64,000 nucleotides of DNA from Hemiscyllium ocellatum (taxonomy: Eukaryota): contig NC_083401.1 of assembly GCF_020745735.1 (NCBI RefSeq), positions 134,227,740-134,291,739 of the forward strand. Direction: 5' to 3'. The translations under genes were made by a program, and so were the position numbers. A model generated the notes under the pieces. That model was given only the letters and a program-made list of their open reading frames with translations, did no database searches and was not told the origin of the DNA. This document shows positions 21,564 through 34,621 of this stretch, piece by piece (the stretch's first letter is position 1; each line of letters opens with the position of its first letter).

Positions 21564-24500
21564 ACACAAATGATCTCATTGCGAGATGCATGCCTGTGAT
21601 TTGAACGGCAAGGTCTCATCCTGCAGTCGCCAGAAGAATGGGCATGGTTGATTCCAATATATGAAAAGGAAAGAGAATTGGTGAGGAAAGAGGTGCTGTT
21701 AACCAAACACACACACACACACACGCACAAAATGCTTACGACGCCATCTGCGCAGACTTCACGCACGACAAAGCTAATTTTAATAGTGGGGGAAGTGAAC
21801 AAATAATTCATAACAAATAGAAATGGATCCCACTGGGACAACGAATGAGTCATTTCATGTCGAAACTCGAGGCTGCCGTAAACTAATGGTTCTTAACCAA
21901 GAACCAAAATGATCTCTCATGACCTTGCGCCTCTCTGGAGATTTGAAATAAACACATAAACGGTCACAGAGAGCCGTATGAAAATAAAAAGGCAACTTTA
22001 CTCGACAGATCAATGCCGCCAAGTTATCCACACGACAGGCAACTAAGACGGGAATTATGAGCAGCGGCAAATAGTCTAAATGTAGCAAAACTCGTCAAGA
22101 AGATGCACATAAATTCAAATTCGACCTTTAGCGCTTAGGAGACAAGTGAACTGTCAGCTTCAATGATCTGGGGCTCATTTATTGTCTATTCATGACGATG
22201 TAAAGTAGCATGCTTGCATTCGGTCGGAAGTTTACTATAACAGATCTGGACGGACGTGAGGTTTCAGCCAGGTTTGAGTGTGGTGGGGAAACATCAATAA
22301 CATTTGGAATATTAACACAGCGGCTAACAACACCAGCATAGTGCGCTACAGGGTGACAGTGCAAGCCTTCTTCACCGGCCACCAAGGCTTGGGACCGAGA
22401 AAAAAACTCAAAAGCGTTTCATATGTACTGACGACCAATGGACGAGATTCATTCAAATCAGTCAACATGAAACATCCACAGCCTTCAGTGCGCAACTATT
22501 AAAGTAGGTTTTGAAAATAACATTTTAAACGTAGGCAGAAAACTAAAATCGAGTCTGGGACTCGGCATTGTATCGCATTGAATTGTAGGTCCAGAAATTT
22601 GTCCTGTAGGTGTGTGTGTGTGGGGGGGGGGGGGGTGAGGACATTTGCACAAAAAAAGTGGAATACCTGCAGTTGTACGACAAGAGAAAACAAATCGGTG
22701 TGTTAGGGTGTACGAATTCTCGTGCCGGAAGGCAAGTCAGATACAGTATGTGTGCGTATAACATTGTGAGTATAAGGAAGGTAGGTTACATATCCAAGTT
22801 ATCATTTTTTTAAAAAAAACTAATTTTTAAAATACTTTCGAACCACATTTGCCGAAGTTCAGTAACTTACTGTCCTTTGGGAACAACACGATGCCCATCG
22901 AATCTGCTGCAGGAATCTTCCCATATACACGGAAAGGAAAAAATACTTCGCAAAGGCACCAAATAAGTTTCCCTCTGCCTAGAGTTCTGTTTTATTGAAT
23001 GGTTTTGACCTGATCGTAAATGTTTGGACCCATCAATTTTAATAAAAATGACCGCCCTTCAGAACTGTAACTTGAGGATTTTGCTTACATCGGTCGCGGT
23101 TTAACATTTGAACTAAAAAAAAAGATTAATGACATGAAATGTTGCATTCACCGTCAAGGCACCCGAGAAAGCAAGATTTGCAGCTGGCGGTTCGTGTTCT
23201 TTCAGCGTCACCTTGTACGCTGTCCGCCTGATTATGTTTTAAAAACTCTCAGTTAAAAGTCGGTCCTAATTAATATTTCATGAGAAACCATAATGAAACG
23301 ACTTGGAAAAAGTAAATGTACTAATGTCACGGTCCACTGATTGTGGAGTTGAATCTGATACGTACGCGTTTTCAGTTAAAAGAAACGCTGAATATGCCAT
23401 TTAAGGCTACAATAAAGCTGTATTGACAAAACTGCTTTGAAACATATTGACATGGGTTCCCGTAGCATTTTGAAAATTCACACGCATGACGGATTCGAGA
23501 AAATGATTTAGGGAGTTATACAAGGTCTCTTATGAAGTAAATGTTCCTATTTCTCTGCAAGTTATGCGAAACACTTAAACGTCGGAGCAAAGTTAGCGAA
23601 AGGAAATTTAAGGCAACGTTGGGAAATGTTTTATTGAATGAAATACATTTGGATCAGCCAAATGCAACTTTTCCATTAAAGGATTTTGTTTGACAAACCA
23701 TTTTATATAGTTTGCAATTATGGTGTAATCTGTCATTTCTTTATATTGGGCGCTGTGTATTTTAATGTTCTGGAGTGGAACAGCTTGATCCAACGAGTGG
23801 CATTAGTGTTCTTACACATTTAACACATTTAGGACCCGAGTGCCCAATGCAAGCTGAACTGATTGCTCAAAGTCCGTTGTTTTCCGTCAAAATCAATTGA
23901 AGTCATTTCAATCTGATAATAACATGACAAGCAAATACACAAGGAAGGGCGCAGTTAGGTTTAGACTGACAATGTTACGCTATCGGGAATGGGGATGGGA
24001 AATCTAAAAAAGCACATGCATTACAAAATGTATCTGATTGGGGAGTAATGTAAGTTAGCAACACCGATGACCGGTTCATAAGTTCACGTTCAGGAAGTGA
24101 CCATTGGAAGTTACATGTATTTCGAGAGTTAGTACGTATTGATTTCTCTAAAATTTGACCTGCAAATGCCATACCATTTGAATGGCGATGACATGGCCTG
24201 AACACAAATGAGCCAATTACTGTTGGAGAAAATGACTGTAAGTTGCTTTCATTAAAGTAGAAAATTTGTTAGGAAAAATCATATAATCAGAAGCAGGACA
24301 CATTAAGTTGGACACAAAATCAGAAATCTTGCAGCACAGAGAAAACGGTGTGGTCTAGCGGCATGACAGATCTTGAAAATACTTAATTGCACAGAATTTA
24401 ATGATGGTGATATCTCCTGAGGATGACAACAGAATATAACTTTGCTTTGATTTTGGATGAGACCCTGAAAAGTATTTTATTGATGGCAGGTAGTTAAATG

Positions 24501-27399
24501 GATGTAGCTGGAAGGTTATCCAGTTAGTGACGGCTGCCTGTCCCTAAGAACTCCTAGTGCAATCAGAGGACCAGCAGTTCAACAGTCTCCAGTGTACCTC
24601 CACAACTGATGGCCATTGCTGAAGCACAACATAGAAAACGGAAACAAATTAATGACCAATGTATCCCAAAATCTTATTCTAGGCATTGGTAGGTGAGCCC
24701 TGAGAAGGGGTGACTGGTCACCAAAGACAGTTGGTGCCATTTCTGCAAGGGTCACTGTCATTGCTGCCAGGAAAGGGCCATGCTGTGGATTGTGGAGAGC
24801 CCAAAAATGAGGGCTGTCTCAGTCAGAGTCCACCTATCTTTAACTAGAAGTCTGTCTGTGAGTTCATCCATGTACAGCCAAAATTTCAACAGAGGCAAAA
24901 ATAGCCATTTTGTCAGCCATTTAAAGTGGCTAAGCTGAACTCCAAGTCAGTGGCTCATCTGTTATATATCCTGGCAAAATGGAGCAGTGATAGGAAGGCA
25001 GTGAACGCCTCTCCACGTTCCCTTGTTATTTTGCCAGCTTTCTTATCTCCTACTTCATCACGTTTGAACTCTGACATTGGTGACAATTATTTGAAAATAA
25101 GGATGGACTTTCTGAAGAAAACGCTCTATAATCCTCCAATGGCTTAGATTTCACTTCTAACATGTAATAAAATGGAAAGACATATGAAAGAATGGTTATC
25201 ATTGTCTTTCATTTAATGTTCTAACGTTTCCATAATAAGAAGTGGAAGAGGATTTCCTGTGGAGAATTGTCAGATACTCAATACATTGCAATATTTAAGC
25301 ACAATCATTAGTGCTTCTTATTTTCAGGATTCTTGAGTTTTTGAATTATTAGATGAAAGAACTGGCATTTATATAGCTACTTTTATAACCACAGGCCTAC
25401 AAAGGCACCTTACCACTAATTAAGTACTAATAACATGAAGTTAATGGTTTAATGTAGAAGTTATAGTCGTGGAGTAAAAATTGCAGGTAGCAAAGCCAGT
25501 GCTATATTGTAGACAGTGAATTACATTCTACGCACTAGGAGAAACATTTGTGTGTACATGTTTACAGTAAAGTACTTTTGAAATCCAGCTTCATACTGCA
25601 CTGGACATTCACACCATATGTGTCAAATTGAGATAAAATGAAACAAAATCCATAAGGATCTCATCCACTTGTTTAATTGCATTGTACAATCAGATTGAGC
25701 TACATTTCCAATTTACTCTGAGACGTTTGCATTGCTTTTCAGCCAAATACTTTGTAAAAGTGGCAAAATAATTGAACTCCACATCTCCACCTTAAACCAG
25801 GCCAGTATTTATTTTCAGCTCCGTGAAACTGGATGGTGAAGTTATCCACACTCAATATGTAACAGTCATATCAGCGAACAGTGGCTATTCAGATTAAGCA
25901 GAAGATGATAACAAAACTGCAGAAATCAGTGGTTGTTTCAAATCTAGGCAATCCTATATCCTATAATGCCCCATTGCACAGTGAATTACTGCCTGCAAAT
26001 GCTGTAAACATTTATCTTTGTTCAAAATGAAGACTCTCCAAATAGTATTTCATTTTTGGAAAATATGATTTATACTCTTATAAACCTCAAGCATATCCAG
26101 AAAAATTCTAATTTTGCATGATGATTTATACATATTTATTTTTCTGTCAAATATATCTGTTTGCTTTTCTATTCTTCAAACATTTTTCCAATTGTTTGTG
26201 CACATTTCTCTGTTTATAACTCAAAATCCGATTCCCTATTTGTGTTTTCAAAACATTTCACATTTTCAAATACTTTACAGTCGGTTGCCTAAAGCTATTG
26301 ACAGTCTAAATAAACTGCACCTGTTGCTCGATTATTGACATGCACCTGTCAATCGAAATATTGACTGGCCACAAAAAGCTGTCAATACACAAATCTCAAA
26401 GGATTCCTTATCGGTAATTTGAATGATCAGACACCTGCTTGGCGATAATGACATATGGATGGCATAGTATTGACTTTTGAAACAAAATGTCCACAGGCAA
26501 ACCCAAGGGTCTTTGCATTGACAGATGCTAAAAGAACATCTGTTAATAGATGACTGACTGTCCATATTTATAAAAATCATATGAGTCAGACTTGCTAAAT
26601 GACATTTCTCTATCATTGCCTTAACTTATTCCAAGGCTACATTGTTTTATGTAAAATGTTTTACATTGAAAAATGGAAGACTGATTTATGTGAAAAATAA
26701 TAATGATTTTGTCACACTGTCCAGTACTGATATTAGTCATGAAAATAAAAATGATATGAATTGACTTAGATAACATTAAGTGGAGTAAATCATATTTCAG
26801 TTTGATGCTATTTCTGCATCATATTGAGTTAATAATGTGGGAAAAATAATGTTTTATGTGGTATAATTTAACAACAATCCAATGAAAGAGTTGAAATCAG
26901 AATAAATCTTTAGGGTGAAACCTGAATATTCTGTGTTTATTTTCTGAACTTATTATCAGATAGCGACCTTTCATTCTCTTTTTGGTATGTTCCTATCCTA
27001 TACGCTAGAAACCATAAACCATTTACTTTAATTAATAAAAGCCTGTGAATTTCAATTTTGTTATTCTCATAAATTACATACCACATTTTTTTTTAAATGT
27101 AGAAGTGTAATTACATCATATTATTCTCACCAATTGCATATCACATTTTTTGTGGAAGTTTGATTATATTGCTTGAAGGCCAAGTTAGTGAACAATGATG
27201 TGAGACAAACGTCATTAACATATGGCAAGGTCACAAGTTATCTGAGCATTATCATTAGTCATGCTATTTCCTGAATGGATTATGCAGGGTGTTAGAGGAA
27301 ACTTTATTATTAGGAATTTTGGGTAGGCAGTATTCCAGCACAAGCACATTATATTAGTTCAAAGAATGCATGTATCTATGATCAGGATATACGACTATC

Positions 27400-28600
27400 T
27401 CTAAGTGTTCTTAAGAGATTGATGATTAGCCACATTCTTGAACCATTGCAGTCCTTGTAGTAGAGATGTACATATCATGCTGTTATGGTGTTTCATGATC
27501 TGGATCCAGTGATTAAGGAAAGGGTGATAAATTTTCAATTCAGGATGTTGTGTGACTGGGGTAACAACATTGCAGGTGGTGTTGTTCCCCTGCATCTGCT
27601 GCCCTTTTCCTTCTTAGTAGCAGAGGTCTCAAGTTTGGAAGGTGCTATAGGGAGACTTGACAAGTTACTACACTGCATCATGTTGATGGCATGCATTCTG
27701 CTACTGTGCATAGTGGTGGATTGAGTGAATGTTTAAGGTGGAAAGTGGATTATCAATTAAATAGACTAATATTATTTAGATGGTGTCGAGTGTCTTAAGT
27801 GTTGATGGAATTGCACTCATTTAGGCAAGTGGAGAGAATTCCTTTGCCCTCTTGACTTACATCATAGGACATGGGAGCAGAAATCGGCAATTCGGTCCAT
27901 CGAATTTCCTCAGATATTCAAATAGATCATGGCTAATTTGATAATCCTCAACTCTATCTTCCTGCCTTATCCCCAAAATCCTTGATTTCCTTGCTGATTA
28001 CGCATCTGTCTATCTCAGTCCTGAACATACTTAACTGACTTGTGTCTTGTTATTGATGCATGAGCTCTGGAGAGTCATTAGGTATGTTATTTCCTGCAGA
28101 ATCCCAGCCTCTGACCTGCTGTTGTAGCTGCAGTATTTATACAGCTGATCCAATTAAGGGTCTAGTGAATAGTTACTGCCAGATGTTGATGGTGGGTGAA
28201 TTCAGCAATAGTAACACATTTGAAAGTCAAGGTGAGATAGTTAAATTTTATCTTGCTGGAGATGGTGATTGCTTGGCAATCATATGGCACAATTGTGACT
28301 TGCCACGAATCAACCCATCCTGAATGTGCCCTGGCCCTGCTGCATCTGAACGTTGACTGGTAATTATATGAGAAGTTATGAATGCAACAACACATTGTGT
28401 AGTTATCAGCACATAACACACTTTTGACCTCATGTTTAATGAGCTGAAGATGCTTGGAAGTCCTGCAATGATATCCTGGAGTCAAGGTGATGGTTTTGAG
28501 CAATAACAACCAACTTCCCTTGTACTAGTTATGAACTTTATTCTTGACATCAACATGAATTTCATAAGAAGTCTTGATGTTTGTCAGTCAAATTCTAACT
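27400..28600 (-). mobile_element. Ancient CR1/L2-superfamily LINE RT fragment
   Basis: Minus strand has degenerate QVKRAKEFSPLA.MSAIPSTLKTLDTI and LCADNYT (FADD-like) motifs; a small CR1-tail insertion lies at about 27860-28035. Confidence 0.6.
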
Positions 28601-28759
28601 TAACATCTACCCCATAAAATTCTGCAAACTTCTCCTCACTAACATAGGCTAGGTGCACAAGTCAGGGGAAGTGTTCAGTAATAGGGTAAGGGAATGGGTC
28701 TGGATGGGATACTCTTTGGAGGGTCAGTGTGGACTTTTTGGGCCAAATGATTCTATTCT

Positions 28760-29580
28760 ATATCATCTCAAGACCTGTGCTAAAATTGGGAGAACTCTTC
28801 CAAAGGTTGGTCAAGAAACAGCCTGACATTTTCATGCTCCTAGAATTTGCTTTATATTCAATTTTGCAAATTCCCCATCATCTTCAGTGGGAATATCCTC
28901 TCCTACCAACATAGCAGACCCAACAAAGGTGGTGACTCAGGGATGCACAATTAAGAGGGAGAGCCGCTCAGTGTCTACAACAACAACTTCTGTCCCTGTT
29001 AAGTTCCATGGCAGCATATCAAATATTGACAAGGAAACCTCCCATTGGTTATCACCCATCACCCTTCCTCAAATATTGAATAAGTATTTCACTATATTGA
29101 ATACAACTTTGAAGATGCTCTGAGAATATAGAATTTAGTTTGGCTAAGGATCTCCAATCTATGTTACAAAGAATAATTCAGTAGCACCGTGACTGACCAA
29201 TTCTAAAAGAAGTATTTACAGGACTGGCATGGGAGGTGGAAGTGAGAGAGTCAACATAAGGGACTACGTTGACCTTATCCTTACAAATCTAGCTGTTATA
29301 GCTGCATCCGTCTGTGACAGCATTAGTCAAAGAGACCTCCACACAAACATTGTAGGGACAAAGTTTTGTCTTCACACTGAGGACATTCTCCATTATATTA
29401 TTTAGCACTACCTCCATGCTAAATGGAATAGATTCAAAATAGCTGTCGAATCTTAAGGGCAGGAAACCATAAGGTGTCTGCACCACGAGCAGCAATAAAA
29501 TTATTTTCCATAATTTTATTCCACCATAATAATTCTTTGATTTTATCTTGCAGCTAAGGAAGCAGCCTTGGTTCAATAAT
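28760..29580 (+). mobile_element. Ancient LINE endonuclease fragment, the target of the young CR1; resumes at 33016
   Basis: Degenerate LGELFQRLVKKQPDIFML and QPWFN motifs. Confidence 0.55.
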
Positions 29581-29585
29581 ACACG

Positions 29586-32500
29586 GCAGGGAAATTTGCT
29601 AGAACTGCTTGAGAGGATTTAAATGAGTAAGATGGGGGAGTGGAACCCAGGGAGACAGTGAAGAAAGAGATCGATCTGAGACGGGTACAGCTGAGAACAG
29701 AAGTGAGTCAAACAGTCAGGGCAAGCAGGGACAAGGTAGGACTAATAAAGTAAACTGCATTTATTTCAATGCAAGGGGCCTAACAGGGAAGGCAGATTAA
29801 CTCAGGGCATGGTTAGGAATATGGGACTGGGATATCATAGCAATTACAGAAACATGGCTCAGGAATGGGCCGGACTGGCAGCTTAATGTTCCAGGATACA
29901 AATGCTACGGGAAAGATAGAAAGGGAGGCAAGAGAGGAGAGGGGAGTGGCATTTTTGATAAGGGACCTGTGCTAAAATTGGGACAACTCTTCCAAAATTG
30001 GTCAAGAAACAGCCTGACATTTTCATGCTCCTAGAATTTGCTTTATAGTCAATTTTGCAAATTCCCCATCATCTTCAGTGGGAATATCCTCTCCTACCAA
30101 CATAGCAGACCCAACAAAGAAGGTGGCTCAGGGATGCACAATTAAGAGGGAGGATATTCTCAGAAATACATCCAGGGAAGTTATTTGGGTGGAACTGAGA
30201 AATAAGAAAGGGATGATCACCTGATTGTGATTGTATGATAGACCCCCTAATAGTCAGAAGGAAATTGAGAAACAAACTTGGAAGGAGATTTCAACAATCT
30301 GTAAGAATAATAGGATAGGGGATGGTAGGGGATTTTTAACTTTCCAAACATTGACTGGGACTGCCATAGCGTTAAAGGTTTAGATGGAGAGGAATTTCTT
30401 AAGTGCGTACAAGACAATTTTCTGATTCAGTATGTGGATGTACCTACTAGAGAAGGTGCAAAACTTGCCCTACTCTTAGGAAATAAGGCAGGGCAGGTGA
30501 CTGAGGTGTCAATGGGGGGGCACTTTGGGGCCAGCGACCATAATTCTATTCATTTTAAAATCATGATGGAAAAGGGTAGACCAGATCTAAATGTTGAAGT
30601 TCTAAATTGGAGAAAGGCCAATTTTGACGGTATTAGGCAAGAACGTTCGAAAGCTGATTGGAGGCAGATGTTTGCAGGTAAAGGGATGACTGGAAAATGG
30701 GAAGCCTTCAGAAATGAGAAAACAAGAATCCAGAGAAAGTATATTCCTATCAGGGTGAAAGGGAAGGCTGGTAGGTATAGGGAATGCTGGATGACTAAAG
30801 AAATTGAGGTGAAAATGTGTTGCTGGAAAAGCGCAGCAGGTCAGGCAGCATCCAAGGAGCAGGAGAATCGACGTTTCAGGCATGAGCCCTTCTTCAGGAA
30901 TGGGCTCCTGAAGAAGGGCTTATGCCCGAAACGTCGATTCTCCTGCTCCTTGGATGCTGCCTGACCTGCTGCGCTTTTCCAGCAACACATTTTCAGCTCT
31001 GATCTCCAGCATCTGCAGTCCTCACTTTCTCCTAAAAGAAATTGAGGGTTTGGTTCAGAAAAAGAAGGAAGCATCTGTCAGGTATAAACAGGACAGATCG
31101 AGTGAATCCTTAGAAGAGTATAAAGGAAGTAGGAATATACTTAAGAGGAAAATCAGGAGGGCAAAACAGGGACATGAGATAGCTTTAGCAAATAGAATTA
31201 ACAAGAATCCAAAGGGTTTTACGAATATATTAAGGACAAAAGGGTAACTAGGGAGAGAATAGGGCCCCTCAAAGATCAGCAAGGCACCCTTTGTGTGGAG
31301 CCACAGAAAATGGGGGAGATACTAAATGAATATTTTGCATCAGTATTTACTGTGGAAAAGGATATAGAAGATATAGACTGGTGGGAAATAGATGGTGACA
31401 TCTTGCAAAATGTCCAGATTACAGAGGAAGAAGTGCTGGATGTCTTGAAACAGTTAAAGGTGGATAAATCCCCAGGACCTGATCAGGTGTACCTGAGGAC
31501 TCTGTGGGAAGCTAGAAAAGTGATTGCTGGGCCTCTTGCTGAGATATTTGTATCATCGATAGTCACAGGTGAGGTACTGGAGGAGTGGAGGTTAGCTAAG
31601 GGGGTGCCACTGTTAAAGAAGGGCAGTAAAGACAAGCCAGGGAACTATAGACCGGTGAGCATGACCTCAGTGGTGGGAAAGTTTTTGGAGGGAATCCTGA
31701 GGGACAGGATGTACATGTATTTAGAAAGGCAAGGACTGATTCGGGATAGTCAATATGGATTTGTGCGTGGGAAATCATGTCTCACAAACTTGATTGAGTT
31801 TTTTGAAGAAGTTACAAAGAAGATTGATGAAAGCAGAGCAGTAGATGTGATCTATATTGACTTCAGTAAGGCATTCAACATGGGAGACTGATTAACAAGG
31901 TTAGATCTCATGGAATACAGGGAGAACTAGCCATTTGGATACAGAACTGGCTCATAGGTAGAAGACAAAGGGTGGTGGTGGAGGGTTGCTTTTCAGACTG
32001 GAGGCCTGTGACTAGTGGAGTGCCACAGGAATGGGGTCGGGACCTCTACTTTTTGTCATTTACATAAATGATTTGGATGCAAGCATAAGAGACACAGTTT
32101 GCAGATGACGCCAAAATTTGAGGTGTAGTGGACAGCGAAGAGGGTTACTTCAGATTACAACAGGATCTGGACCAGATGGGCCAATGGGCTGAGAAGTGGC
32201 AGATGGAGTTTAATTCAGATAAATGCAAGTTGCTGCATTTTGGGAAAGCAAATCTTAGCAGGACTTATACACTTAATGGTAAGGTCCTAGGGAGTGTTGC
32301 TGAACAAACAGACCTTGGAGTGCAGGTTCATAGCTCCATGAAAGTGGAGTCACAGGTAGATAGGATAGTGACGAAGGCATTTGGTATGCTTTCCTTTATT
32401 GGTCAGAGTATTGAGTTGGGAGGTCATGTTGCGACTGTACAGGACATTGGTTAGGCCACTGTTCGAATATTACATGCAATTCTGGTCTCCTTCCTATTGG

Positions 32501-33015
32501 AAAGATGTTGTGAAAATTAAAAGGGTTCAGAAAAGATTTACAAGGATGTTTCCAGAGTTGGAGGATTTGAGCTACAGGGAGAGGCTGAACAGACTGGGGC
32601 TGTTTTCCCTGGAGCGTCGGAGGCTGAGGGATGACTTTATAGAGGTTTACAAAATTATGAGGGGCATGGATAGGATAAATAGACAAAGTCTTTTCCCTGG
32701 GGTTGGGGCGTCCAGAATTAGAGGGCATAGGTTTAGGGTGAGAGGGGAAAGATATAAAAAAGACCCAAGGGACAATTTTTTCACGCAGAGGGTGGTACGT
32801 GTATGGAATGAGCTGCCAGAGGATGTGGTGGAGGCTGGTACAATTGCAGCATTTAAGAGGCATTTGGATGGGTATATAAATAGGACGGGTTTGGAGGGAT
32901 ATGGGCCGGGTGCTGGCAGGTCGGACTAGATTGGGTTGGGATATCTGGTCGGCATGGACGGGTTGGACCAAAGGGTCTGTTTCCGTGCTGTACATCTCTA
33001 TGACTCTATGACTCT
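29586..33015 (+). mobile_element. Relatively young CR1/HER1 LINE with near-complete but disrupted ORF2
   Basis: APE domain (IAITETWL, SDHNSI), RT (KSPGPD, GNYRPVS, QYGFVRGKSCLTNLIEFF, DFSKAF) and (CTATGACT)n tail. Confidence 0.95.
30810..31034 (+). mobile_element. Fold-back PLE family A mini-insertion inside the CR1, 13-bp TSD
   Basis: AAAGAAATTGAGG at 30797-30809 and 31035-31047; 90-bp inverted arms. Confidence 0.92.
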
Positions 33016-33358
33016 AAGGAGGCTGTGAGAGCATGCCAAAGCAGCAAACAGGCTTAAGTAAAGATTAGTTACCCATCTAGTGAAATTATATATCTCAAAT
33101 ACTTGCAAACAGTAGATACAGAGTGCTAGAGGCAAAATTAGCCAATCAGATCAAAATTCTTCATTCCTGTCACATCAAATCATGAATGTTACAGAATTAT
33201 GAAGGCAGACTGAATCAGTTAGGACTACATTTGCTGGAGTTTAGAAGAACGAGGGAGGTACCTCATAGAAACCTGTAAAATTCTAACGAGAGTAGACAGG
33301 ATAAGCGTGGGAAGGATATTCTCAAAGGTCTGAAGGCTTCTGATCCAAACATGCACAT

Positions 33359-33676
33359 TGTGATGATAGTATGGCTTTAAGAGATATATTTTATCCTTTT
33401 TTTATAAAGAGAAGTTGAGACAGAGGTGACAGCTGTCTCTTCCAAGCAATTAACATAAACAGTTTGTGAGGCCTTGCAATTTTTTTTCAAAGTTGGAACA
33501 GTAGAAGAAGCATAAATGGGTGGAGTCAGCCTCCTACAGAATCAGAGTTTTATTTTAGTTTTCAGTAACTTTTGGGGTTTTGAAGCTTCCACCTGGAATA
33601 CTTGCCTTTAAATAACATCAAAATTAGGGTCGAGGCTAACTCCTTGTTTGAGGGGGGTTTGGTCTAGTCCATTACA
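33359..33676 (+). mobile_element. Solo LTR (Gypsy-like, probably internally deleted)
   Basis: TGTGATGA...CCATTACA termini, flanked by ACAT/ACGT (a 4-bp TSD with one CpG-type change). Confidence 0.55.
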
Positions 33677-34621
33677 ACGTCTCAAGATGTTCAGTCTCCT
33701 GGAGTCAATTACATAGGAGCATTTTTCATTGATAAGTAGTCACCATTACACAGATCAATCAGCTACTCTGCCTCTTGAACCAGTCCTTCTCCCATTTCAA
33801 TCCACAATCTAAAGTACAGAAAAATTGGTTTTGACACATTTCATATTTTCCTCTCCTTATATATAAGGCATTCTTCGCTCTCGCTTTTAGCTTTAATATC
33901 TCGCAGTTCTGGTGAAGGATAAAAGAGCTAAAAAGGTAGCAATTTTCTCTTTCCAGAGATGTTGTCTGTCCTTTGGAGGATATTTTAAAATTTGTGTTTC
34001 TGTTTTTCTGCTCTTCCTAATTTTTTTTTTACATTTTTCTTTTCTCTCCTGTATATACTGTAAAATTGAGAAAGTCATAATTTTCATATAAATATCTAAG
34101 TGGAAAATTATTTTTTCCCTCTACTTTTGATTTGTTGTGATAATTTGTCAATTGTGTAATGGCTTCACACACGCAATTACATATGAATCCACCCCATTCA
34201 GCACTTTTCCATTTTAATTTGCATAATGACTCTGTTGTTCAAGTATCTCAATCCCAAAAATATATTTCTCGGTGTCATCAAATAAATGAAAACACTTATA
34301 TCGAATAAGCTTTTTTAACATTAGAAAGGAAATAGAAGTGACCGTATGGTTTTTGATGGGGCATCAGGAAAGGATTGAAAACCTGCGTCTTATTCTAAGA
34401 AATGTAAGAGTATTAAGATAACCTTTTGGCAAGTGAGTTACTGGCGATGCATATTGCAATTAGTTTACTCCGGCTATCATAAGGTTCATTCAATGTGTTG
34501 TTTGGAATGTTTTAATCAATGTGTGATATTGGCAGCACCTTACAAAGTCATGTATGGAATAAACAGGAAATGCTGTATACACAAACAGGCTGGGGCAACA
34601 TCTTCAGAGAGACAGAGTTAA

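Larger units (their letters stand above)
18750..24200. promoter_or_regulatory. CpG-retaining, TE-free domain over the FGF5 promoter, exon 1 and exon 2
   Basis: CpGs are visibly frequent compared with the depleted flanks, and no recognisable repeats are present. Boundaries are estimated by eye. Confidence 0.6.

Noticed and set aside
30434-31074. Identical peptides on both strands (KMCCWKSAAGQAASKEQENRRF)
   Set aside because: This follows from the DNA palindrome and is not coding.
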